From a virus, in IMG/VR virus record IMGVR_UViG_3300045988_118684, positions 1 through 40,712 of that record: 40,712 bases of DNA. One strand, 5' to 3'. Positions 33,068-39,995 of the stretch are shown here, one piece after another; position 1 is the stretch's first letter, and every line of letters begins with the position of its first letter. Both the position numbers and the translations under genes were made by a program. The notes below the pieces were generated by a model. That model made no database searches. It saw only the letters and a program-made list of their open reading frames with translations, and was not told where the DNA came from.

Positions 33068-33508
33068 TCAGAATGGATAATCATCATCATTAATCGGTGG
33101 CTGACTAGCTGGCGGTTGAGTGTAGTTGGCTGGTTGATTACCAGCATGTCCTTGATTAGTCGGCTGAGTTGGTTGTCCCTGCGATGAACCTTTAGGCTCC
33201 AAGAGTGCAAAATTCTCAACGATGACCTCAGTTACGAATACTTTCTGTCCTTGAGCATTGTCGTACGTACGCGTTTGAATATGACCTTCGATGCCAACAA
33301 GTGAACCCTTGTGCGTGAAGTTGGCAAAATTCTCAGCAGACTTACGCCAGATTGCACAATTGATGAAGTCAGTTTCACGTTCCCCATTTGCGCTGCGAAA
33401 TTGGCGATCAACAGCAATAGTAAATGAGCCAACTGCTGTTCCGCTTTGTGTATATCGAAGGTCAATCGGTTTAGTTAATCTGCCTGTTAGAGCAACTGAA
33501 TTAAGCAT
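33068..33508 (-). CDS. ssb: Single-stranded DNA-binding protein
   Basis: OB-fold N-terminus MLNSVALTGRLTKPIDLRYTQSGTAVGSFTIAV, a Gln/Pro-rich linker, and the acidic tail DDDYPF. Confidence 0.95.
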   Translation of the reverse strand: MLNSVALTGRLTKPIDLRYTQSGTAVGSFTIAVDRQFRSANGERETDFINCAIWRKSAENFANFTHKGSLVGIEGHIQTRTYDNAQGQKVFVTEVIVENFALLEPKGSSQGQPTQPTNQGHAGNQPANYTQPPASQPPINDDDYPF

Positions 33509-33522
33509 TTTTTAGTCTCCTT

Positions 33523-34197
33523 TTATTCGGTACTTGTTTTGTAATGTGGCTGAATTCGTTTAAGTTCGTCAGCCGTCAGTTTGATTGGCTTAATGTGATA
33601 TTTTTGGATAAACGACATGAGGCCGATCGTGTGCTGCTCTACATGATGAATGCGGCAAAGGGACATGTAGTGATATTGGCTCTCGTCAATCTTGTTACGA
33701 TTGCGTCCCATGCCAACTGTCTCGTAATGCGCCAAGTCAGCGGGCTTTCCGCAGATAACACATTTACGGAAACGGAGGCAGAACCATTGGCGTGCATAGT
33801 CGTTGGGTATCATGTCCCACGTGCGCGTCTTGAATGGCACATCGTTTCGGAAACAAAACTCTAAGATTGTGTAGATCATGTTGCTGGCAGTTGTCATCGA
33901 GCAGTCGCTCAGCGAATATGGTTCAATTGCAAAAATCTCACGTGTATACGACTTCATGAGGCATTCGATCATGTCCACCGTGTCACCGTTCCAGTCTGAT
34001 ATGTCATGCATCAGTGCAAATATCTTTTTGCGTTGGTCTGGGCTAATATGGCGCCCATCATCGACTTCTAACTCAACTGATGGTCGTTTACCCGCGGCAA
34101 GCTTAGACAGCGTATACAAGCTCACAGAGTCATCAGCAGTGATAGTAATCTGCTGGCCTGAAAGCTTATCCAGTCTGCCGTTTATCTTCATGCTCAT
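33523..34197 (-). CDS. HNH-motif nuclease-like protein of the recombination module
   Basis: Contains CVICGKPADLAHYETVGMGRNRN...LCRIHHVEQH. It lies between erf and ssb. Confidence 0.55.
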   Translation of the reverse strand: MSMKINGRLDKLSGQQITITADDSVSLYTLSKLAAGKRPSVELEVDDGRHISPDQRKKIFALMHDISDWNGDTVDMIECLMKSYTREIFAIEPYSLSDCSMTTASNMIYTILEFCFRNDVPFKTRTWDMIPNDYARQWFCLRFRKCVICGKPADLAHYETVGMGRNRNKIDESQYHYMSLCRIHHVEQHTIGLMSFIQKYHIKPIKLTADELKRIQPHYKTSTE

Positions 34198-34949
34198 TCA
34201 CGTTCGCCACCTGCCAACTTTCTGAGTTCTGCTTCAAGCAAGTTTTTGACACCAGCAGCGGCTTTAGGAGTTAATGTTTCAACACTCGTTGCTTTGCTGC
34301 CGAATTTTGCATTCGCTAAGCCTATCCATATTTCAGCAAGTTCATTAACCGTTTTTGGCTTTGGATCGCCTTTTTTGTTAGTGGCCGGCAAAGCTTTAAA
34401 CTGTTGAACCATCATGTCTTTGATAGCTTTAACGGTTGCGTGATCAAGAATGGCACTTGGCCGAATAGACTGCTTGTTTTTGGTTATTGGACCATTGCTT
34501 GCTGAGCTGTCATTTGCATCAGGGTCAGAGTCTTCGGTGTCAGTGATGTTGAACATCTGCTTGTAAAAATACTTTTGTGCTGAAGTGCTGGCCTTGACCA
34601 TGGCTTTTTCGCCAGTGTCCTGACCGCTGCCCGGGATGGTAAATGTCATCTCATCATGACCATCAGTGACAGTGAATGTTCCCATCAAATCAACAAAGTG
34701 ATTATTGCCACCTTTGCCCGTTGTGCGATCATACTGGTTGACAATCTCATAACTGAATTTTATGACCAGACCGGCTTTGATCAGTGCCGGTTTCACAGCA
34801 TCTTTGATGGCGCCTTCGCTCTGAAAACTATAATGTTGAAACGAGTTCTGACCATCTTTCTTGATAACACCAACAGCCTGCTGGGCTATCAAAATGCGGT
34901 CAACAAGAGACAGACTGTCTTTTACCGTGTCATTTTCTTTCTCGGCCAT
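34194..34949 (-). CDS. erf: Erf-family single-strand annealing protein
   Basis: Contains KKDGQNSFQHYSFQSEGAIKDAVKPALIKAGL. The call is supported by synteny with DUF1351 and SSB. Confidence 0.75.
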   Translation of the reverse strand: MAEKENDTVKDSLSLVDRILIAQQAVGVIKKDGQNSFQHYSFQSEGAIKDAVKPALIKAGLVIKFSYEIVNQYDRTTGKGGNNHFVDLMGTFTVTDGHDEMTFTIPGSGQDTGEKAMVKASTSAQKYFYKQMFNITDTEDSDPDANDSSASNGPITKNKQSIRPSAILDHATVKAIKDMMVQQFKALPATNKKGDPKPKTVNELAEIWIGLANAKFGSKATSVETLTPKAAAGVKNLLEAELRKLAGGERE

Positions 34950-35836
34950 TACTTAGCCTCCATGGTGATAAATTCAATGCCTTGTTTTGTCATAAAATCC
35001 GCTACGCTTTTAGCTTCATCAAAAGTGCCAACAACCTCGAATCCGTAGTGTTTGACTTCTGGCTGCTTAACCACTTCACCCGTGTTGGTATCAACAACTT
35101 TGTCGCCAACCTTTTTCTGATGCAGCGCATCAATAGCGGCTTGTGCTTCGGCACGTTTCTTAGCTTGTTCAGTCTCACGCTTTTGCCGCTCAGCATAGGC
35201 ATCAACGCGAGCCATAACATCTAGCTGTGAAGCACCTTGATCAATCTGTGCAACCCACCCGCCAGCATCTAAGCCCATGGCTTCTGCATATTTGGTAACA
35301 GCCTTCTTCGCTGCGGCAACTTCTTCACGCTGTTTGACAATATAATCAGCCGCATCTCCGATTTGCCGCGTGCGTTCAAGCTTGCTTAGACTTTTGTTGA
35401 GCCACTTGTCGTTGAACTCGATATCTTTCGGGTCAATCCCACGTGACTGTGCAATTTCTGTAATGTCATCAAGTACTTGCTCTTTACGTTGTTCGGCGTC
35501 TAATCGTTCTTGTTCTTTGATCCCATCGTTGATGGCTGTTTCAACCGCTGAAATATCGCTAATCATGCCATCGATGACGGATTTGAACGCATCGTACGGT
35601 TTGTTGTATTCGCGTTTTATTTCAATACGTTTGTCATTAAGCGCTTTTGACAGCTTGCGCAAGTCAGAACGAGACGCTTTCGCCTCTTTCAAAGTTCCTT
35701 CAGTGATTACAAGTCCACGGTATTTTTCGGCATATAGCTTGATATTGGCCGCAAGCTCGTCTGCATGTTGTAGAGTCAGCACCGATGGCTTATAATCAAC
35801 TTTGAAGTCAGTAAGTGACAATGTGTTATTTTGCAT
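34949..35836 (-). CDS. DUF1351 protein (recombination-module accessory)
   Basis: 295 aa and helical, containing LVITEGTLKEAKASRSDLRKLSKALNDKR. It lies directly upstream of erf. Confidence 0.65.
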   Translation of the reverse strand: MQNNTLSLTDFKVDYKPSVLTLQHADELAANIKLYAEKYRGLVITEGTLKEAKASRSDLRKLSKALNDKRIEIKREYNKPYDAFKSVIDGMISDISAVETAINDGIKEQERLDAEQRKEQVLDDITEIAQSRGIDPKDIEFNDKWLNKSLSKLERTRQIGDAADYIVKQREEVAAAKKAVTKYAEAMGLDAGGWVAQIDQGASQLDVMARVDAYAERQKRETEQAKKRAEAQAAIDALHQKKVGDKVVDTNTGEVVKQPEVKHYGFEVVGTFDEAKSVADFMTKQGIEFITMEAK

Positions 35837-35853
35837 TATGAATTTCCTTTATA

Positions 35854-36057
35854 TCAGTCGTTGGTGTGCATACCAGCGGCTTTTTTCATGGCTTGCTTGA
35901 TAATGAATAGGATTGCGTGTGCGCCATCTTCCTGACCCATGGCGTACGTTTGATGAGGGTCTGTGTTGTTCGGGCCATAGTCAGTGGCAACCTTGTGATA
36001 TGCCGCGATCTGGTGGTTCGCTTCGGCTAGAATTCGTTCGTATACCTCATTGGTCAT
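35854..36057 (-). CDS. Hypothetical protein (67 aa)
   Basis: An ORF with AAGGGG 8 nt before the ATG. Confidence 0.5.
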   Translation of the reverse strand: MTNEVYERILAEANHQIAAYHKVATDYGPNNTDPHQTYAMGQEDGAHAILFIIKQAMKKAAGMHTND

Positions 36058-36061
36058 TACG

Positions 36062-36214
36062 TCATCCCCTTAGTTTTGCTAGTCGTGCACGTAGCTTCTC
36101 GTTCTCGACAAGTAGCATCTTTGCAATTGGTGTGTGGTTGCCACGAATAATGTCTAACGTCAATTTGTTGTGCTCGTTCAGCAAATCACCAATGGTTCGT
36201 TCTGCTTCATTCAA
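36062..36214 (-). CDS. Possible small coiled-coil protein (50 aa, TTG start), absent from the ORF track
   Basis: GGAGG lies 7 nt before the TTG. The sequence is NEAERTIGDLLNEHNKLTLDIIRGNHTPIAKMLLVENEKLRARLAKLRG. Confidence 0.3.
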   Translation of the reverse strand: MNEAERTIGDLLNEHNKLTLDIIRGNHTPIAKMLLVENEKLRARLAKLRG

Positions 36215-36299
36215 TCCACTGCCTCCAATTTCCGCTGTGACCTAAGCAGTGACCAACGATCACGCCGAAGCCGCCAGCAATTAGTAAATAGCCAATCAT
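36207..36299 (-). CDS. Possible 30-aa membrane peptide, absent from the ORF track
   Basis: The ATG overlaps the upstream stop (TAATG). The sequence is MIGYLLIAGGFGVIVGHCLGHSGNWRQWIE. Confidence 0.3.
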   Translation of the reverse strand: MIGYLLIAGGFGVIVGHCLGHSGNWRQWIE

Positions 36300-36655
36300 T
36301 ATTTGCCCTTCTCTCTAAGTGACCTTGAAATCTCTGGGAACCATTTGTCTAAGAAGTCGAGCCATGGTTTCGGATGAAACAGATACCCCTTTTTGCCAGG
36401 CGGTGGATATGAAACCACGGTATCTTGCAAGAACTTGTGAAAGCGTGGGACGTTCAAGATATTGTTAACTACCCACGTGTTGTTATGCCCTTCGACATAG
36501 CTTGTTGCGGTGGTGAGCGTCCACATGCCTCGTGCTGCTAGCTTGCGTTTTAACTCTTGGTTCTCCTTGGTCATCTTTGCCAGTTCTTCTTCATCGACCG
36601 CTAAATACTTTTTGTTTGAAATCTGATCATCTTCAACAACCTGCAACAGTGGCAT
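36299..36655 (-). CDS. DUF771 protein
   Basis: Contains NILNVPRFHKFLQDTVVSYPPPGKKGYLFHPKPWLDFLDKWFPEI. AAAGGAGG lies upstream of the ATG. Confidence 0.65.
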   Translation of the reverse strand: MPLLQVVEDDQISNKKYLAVDEEELAKMTKENQELKRKLAARGMWTLTTATSYVEGHNNTWVVNNILNVPRFHKFLQDTVVSYPPPGKKGYLFHPKPWLDFLDKWFPEISRSLREKGK

Positions 36656-36720
36656 GGCATTTCCTCCTTTCCTGTGATCGCCTCCTGACGGATAATGAAA
36701 CCCGAAAGGAGGTGATAAAA

Positions 36721-36969
36721 ATGAAACTTGATTCTGATAAGTTGACTGCCATCATCGAGACCATTAACGATGACCTCTACGCCACAGATTTAACGACGGA
36801 GAAGCTGCAAGAACGCGTGGCCGCTTATACCGATGATGATGGCAAAATGGGTATAGGTGACTTCGCACAATGGATGATGCAGGAGAGCCGCGACTACACA
36901 ACGATTTACACTCGCCGTCTTATAGAAGCCCTTGCCGCCGCCGGCTATCTGAATGATCCGGGGAAGTAG
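36721..36969 (+). CDS. Hypothetical acidic 82-aa protein, counter-oriented
   Basis: ATG at 36721 follows AAAGGAGGTGATAAAA. The tracked start at 36532 is antisense to DUF771. The gene has its own terminator at 37056..37082. Confidence 0.65.
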   Translation: MKLDSDKLTAIIETINDDLYATDLTTEKLQERVAAYTDDDGKMGIGDFAQWMMQESRDYTTIYTRRLIEALAAAGYLNDPGK

Positions 36970-37055
36970 CTGCTTGACTAATGATTCTGCGATCTGCCTC
37001 GTCGGCTAATAACCATATAACCTCGTTAAGGGCTTTTCTCGCTTGGCTATATGTG

Positions 37056-37082
37056 AGGTGCTGTTTACGCAGCACCTTTTTT
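37056..37082 (+). terminator. Rho-independent terminator, + strand
   Basis: AGGTGCTG tttacg CAGCACCT is followed by TTTTTT. Confidence 0.65.
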
Positions 37083-37196
37083 AATTCTTCAATAGTCTTT
37101 TCAACATTTGAATTCGTTTGTGGTTCTTTCAATGTGTTTCCTTCTTTCTTTTGGCCCCCCCTTGGCAGATAATCTGGTGGGAAGGAGGTGATATAA

Positions 37197-37553
37197 ATGA
37201 ATGATGAATACGAACGTCTTACAAACGATGCAAAGTATTTGCTGTTACAGCTATCGTCAAAATACTTGGAAAGTGTTACTGATGGAAAATCAAAGAGTGA
37301 TGCAACAACAATGGGTTCTACACAGCAAGTCCGTGATGACGTTATGCCTCAGTGGTCCCTACCGGATGTTTCGTTTACGATGGCTGAGCTTCGAGACGCT
37401 GGTTTTATGAAACTCTGGCCGGGCGACGGTTGTTATTACAATTCGTTCATCACCACACAGGCTATTGCGTGGCGTGAACAAAAGTTTGGCAATGATGTCA
37501 AAAAGGTTCTTGATGCCATTACTGGTGTCAAAAAACTAATTCCGTTCTTTTAG
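37197..37553 (+). CDS. Hypothetical 118-aa protein, counter-oriented (possibly winged-helix, YjcQ-like)
   Basis: The ATG follows GGAAGGAGGTGATATAA, nearly the same SD context as 36721. The family guess is weak. Confidence 0.6.
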   Translation: MNDEYERLTNDAKYLLLQLSSKYLESVTDGKSKSDATTMGSTQQVRDDVMPQWSLPDVSFTMAELRDAGFMKLWPGDGCYYNSFITTQAIAWREQKFGNDVKKVLDAITGVKKLIPFF

Positions 37554-37753
37554 CCGTATGGGATCCAGTCATTAGCCGTGAGATCATCGCTGTATGGCAC
37601 CCATTTTTGTCCTGGATCTTGTCCTATTGATGTCATGAGGAACCCAGCGTTTGTATTGGTCGGTATAAGAATCATCGGACGAGGGAACCACACCTTACGA
37701 GTAATCCCTCGTTTTTGCGTCTCCGCTTTCTTAATCGCTTGGTTGATATACAT
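37550..37753 (-). CDS. Small protein, DUF2829 (Tad2-like) candidate
   Basis: AAGGAGAAGGA lies upstream of the ATG. The sequence contains INQAIKKAETQKRGITRKVW...KWVPYSDDLTANDWIPYG, which resembles the remembered DUF2829 pattern (..GKK..R.GW ... W.P...DLLA.DW). Confidence 0.45.
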   Translation of the reverse strand: MYINQAIKKAETQKRGITRKVWFPRPMILIPTNTNAGFLMTSIGQDPGQKWVPYSDDLTANDWIPYG

Positions 37754-37921
37754 TATTTTTCCTTCTCCTTATCATTTTGTTGGTAACAGCCTAGTGACGA
37801 AGGCTAACGGCGTTGCTGCAATCAAGAACCTTAATCTGGAGAGTGATGCTATGAAAGTTATTAGTAAGGCAACGCTCTCTGCTCCAAATATCAATCCAGC
37901 ACTTGGTGATCCTCGATAAGC

Positions 37922-37945
37922 AACCGCCCTCATGGCGGTTTTTCT
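37922..37945 (+). terminator. Rho-independent terminator, + strand, in the gap after the antirepressor
   Basis: AACCGCC ctcat GGCGGTT is followed by TTTTCT. On the - strand the hairpin is not followed by a T-run. Confidence 0.55.
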
Positions 37946-37972
37946 ATGCCGTATGAAACTTGGCTAGTTCGT

Positions 37973-38743
37973 TCATACCGTCATCCTCTTTCTCTCAATA
38001 ACTGGAATAACGTCATTCTTCTTTAGCTCTTCATACAGAAATACATGTCCCTTTTGTGTCCACTTGGTGTTTGGCTTGACATCATCACGGCCATCTCGAT
38101 GTTTGAATGCAACGGGAACTGTATGCGTATATCCGTGGTTCTGATACTTGCTGTACAAATACCAACTGCCTGATTGATTGAACTGAATGCCAAGGCTGTG
38201 AAGCAACTGATTAAATGCTGATGCGGACATGCCATAGTTCTTAGCAATCGAGGTAGTTGTTACTAGGCCTTTATTCGCAAGAATTAAGTCGTAGTAGTCT
38301 GCCTTTGGTTGTAATTCATTAACACGCTGTTCTGCGATCAACCGTCCTGTACGCTCTTCTTTCAGTTTCGTTGCCAGATTGATAATGAAGTCTGGATTAT
38401 AGATGGCCTTCTCAATCGTTTCAGGCGTCATGTACGCACCATGCTTACGGATTGATGGGAGAACTTCATGCGTTACCCAACGGTTAAAACGTTTGGCCGC
38501 TGGTTTTCGACTAGCACCAATCAGTTTGTATAGCCCCGGTTCGCTGATGAAATTGGTCTCGCCTGATAAGCCCCCTAAGTTAAACTTAGTCACCTCATCG
38601 CCGTCTAATGATTTCAACGCTACCGTTGTGTTTGTTAGTTTCAGTGCATTCGTAACATCCGGTGCTGAAAACCAGATAATGCCGTTTGAGCTGACAGTCC
38701 GAATTTGGTTATCCTCGAACTGAAATAGTTGTAGTTCGTTCAT
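37973..38743 (-). CDS. Antirepressor (Bro-N + KilA-C/ANT domains)
   Basis: Contains FEDNQIRTVSSNGIIWFSAPDVTNALKL...EPGLYKLIGASRKPAAKRFNRWVTHEVLPSIRKHG, with a C-terminal ANT-like region. Confidence 0.9.
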   Translation of the reverse strand: MNELQLFQFEDNQIRTVSSNGIIWFSAPDVTNALKLTNTTVALKSLDGDEVTKFNLGGLSGETNFISEPGLYKLIGASRKPAAKRFNRWVTHEVLPSIRKHGAYMTPETIEKAIYNPDFIINLATKLKEERTGRLIAEQRVNELQPKADYYDLILANKGLVTTTSIAKNYGMSASAFNQLLHSLGIQFNQSGSWYLYSKYQNHGYTHTVPVAFKHRDGRDDVKPNTKWTQKGHVFLYEELKKNDVIPVIERKRMTV

Positions 38744-38745
38744 AT

Positions 38746-39000
38746 CTATACCGCCTCCTTTACCGGGTACTTCGGTTTTTCCGAAGTTGGTGACAAAAAA
38801 ATATCCCCAACCGAAATCCCTAAAGCCTTTGCAATAGCCTCTAAGTTCTTATAACTGGCTCCGCGAAGACGATCAATATCACGCTCATAGTTATTAATCG
38901 TTTTCACTGTTAAGCCAGACTCAGTCGCCAGCTCATTGACTCGCATGTCTCGAATTCCGCGCCATTGACGAAGCGTAAATTTCTCAGGTTTTTCGTTCAT
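38746..39000 (-). CDS. cro: Cro-like XRE HTH regulator
   Basis: 84 aa, containing RVNELATESGLTVKTINNYERD. It is divergent from cI across the operator region. Confidence 0.8.
   Translation of the reverse strand: MNEKPEKFTLRQWRGIRDMRVNELATESGLTVKTINNYERDIDRLRGASYKNLEAIAKALGISVGDIFLSPTSEKPKYPVKEAV
38769..38787. promoter_or_regulatory. Distal operator copy inside the cro 3' end
   Basis: ACTTCGG TTTTT CCGAAGT is a perfect 7-bp inverted repeat. It matches the operator at 39040..39058 in 18 of 19 positions. Confidence 0.5.
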
Positions 39001-39032
39001 TGCTGTTTTCTCCTTTCGTTCTTTATGTCTAT

Positions 39033-39061
39033 ATAATACAGTTCGGTTTTTCCGAAGTCAA
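39033..39061 (-). promoter_or_regulatory. Lytic (cro) promoter
   Basis: The - strand reads TTGACT (39061..39056), a 17-nt spacer, then TATTAT (39038..39033). The spacer is the operator AGTTCGGTTTTTCCGAAGT. Confidence 0.55.
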
Positions 39062-39120
39062 TAATAAAATTCTGTTTTTCCGAAATTAAATTCGGAAATA
39101 TATTTCCGTTTTTCCGAAGT
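39040..39120. promoter_or_regulatory. Operator array of the genetic switch
   Basis: AGTTCGGTTTTTCCGAAGT is at 39040..39058. TTCCGAAATTAAATTCGGAA is at 39078..39097. The perfect palindrome CGGAAATATATTTCCG is at 39093..39108. TTCCGTTTTTCCGAAGT is at 39104..39120. Confidence 0.55.
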
Positions 39121-39122
39121 GG

Positions 39123-39131
39123 TGGTATAAT
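39123..39131 (+). promoter_or_regulatory. Extended -10 promoter for cI (TGGTATAAT)
   Basis: It lies 30 nt upstream of the cI ATG. SD GAGGAGG is at about 39146..39152. Confidence 0.5.
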
Positions 39132-39160
39132 GTTCCTATAGAAATGAGGAGGAACTTGAC

Positions 39161-39943
39161 ATGTTTGCAAAAAATCTAAAGTATCTGCGTGCAAAACGCG
39201 GCTATGATCAGCAGACATTCGCTGAAATGATCCACCGAAGCGTTTCTACCGTCAGTGAATGGGAGTCTGGCAAGTATACTCCAAAAGCGGGAATCCTTGC
39301 TGATATTGCCAATATGTTCGGTGTAAAGTTAGACGACATGATGAATAAAGACTTGTCGAAGAGTGCTGACAACACCGTGATTGAGAAAACTACAAATACA
39401 ATGCGAAAACTCCACCCTGCACGTCAGCGGAAAGTCTACACGTACGCGGAAAATCAGCTCAATGAGCAGCAAAATCCAGATAACGTTGTCAGCTTAGATG
39501 AAGTGCGTGTAGAACGTAATCTCGATGAACCAGAGTTAAATGTTGAGGTTGATGGTATTGTGGCCGCTGGATATGGTGCCTTTAATGATGATCGCGATGA
39601 ACCAATGGACACAGTTAAGATTCCAGACAGTGCTATTCCGTCTCACTACGATTACTGTTTTAAAGTTGTCGGCGACAGTATGTCTCCCTACTACGAGGAT
39701 GGCGAGTTTGTCTTTGTTCAAAAAACACAAGATGTTACTAACGGTATGATCGCTGTAGTTGACATTGATGACATGACATTCATCAAAAAGCTGATATTCG
39801 AGCAAGACCGTCTGTGCCTTCGGTCATTGAATGATGACGTAGATGAAGAAACTGGCGAACGTATCTACCCAGATTTCTACGCTGACGACACAGACAATAT
39901 TGAAGTGATTGGTAAAGTTGTCGGATCATACGCATTCAAATAA
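39161..39943 (+). CDS. cI: cI-like repressor: XRE HTH + S24 (LexA-like) autopeptidase
   Basis: The N-terminal HTH is QQTFAEMIHRSVSTVSEWESGK. A putative cleavage site VAA|G is present. The Ser-Lys dyad context is GDSMSP...FIKKL. Confidence 0.9.
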   Translation: MFAKNLKYLRAKRGYDQQTFAEMIHRSVSTVSEWESGKYTPKAGILADIANMFGVKLDDMMNKDLSKSADNTVIEKTTNTMRKLHPARQRKVYTYAENQLNEQQNPDNVVSLDEVRVERNLDEPELNVEVDGIVAAGYGAFNDDRDEPMDTVKIPDSAIPSHYDYCFKVVGDSMSPYYEDGEFVFVQKTQDVTNGMIAVVDIDDMTFIKKLIFEQDRLCLRSLNDDVDEETGERIYPDFYADDTDNIEVIGKVVGSYAFK

Positions 39944-39995
39944 TCTTACGTCCAAACCCTGATCGACGTTAAAAGCTGCTTTGGAGGAATTCACT

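Noticed and set aside
36920-37132. A 70-aa - strand ORF (TTG start) between the two counter-oriented genes
   Set aside because: Its 3' third overlaps the well-supported + strand gene 36721..36969 and reads as low-complexity sequence. Its middle is occupied by a + strand terminator hairpin. Coding is possible but unsupported.
37851-37919. The 22-aa peptide MKVISKATLSAPNINPALGDPR as an arbitrium/SHP-type communication peptide
   Set aside because: There is no signal or hydrophobic export segment. No AimR/Rgg-type receptor gene is present anywhere in the genome.
37772-37933. The 53-codon hydrophobic - strand ORF as a type I toxin
   Set aside because: No Shine-Dalgarno sequence lies upstream and the start is buried in a hairpin. 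The hydrophobicity may be a by-product of the antisense composition. It is mentioned only as a low-probability option.
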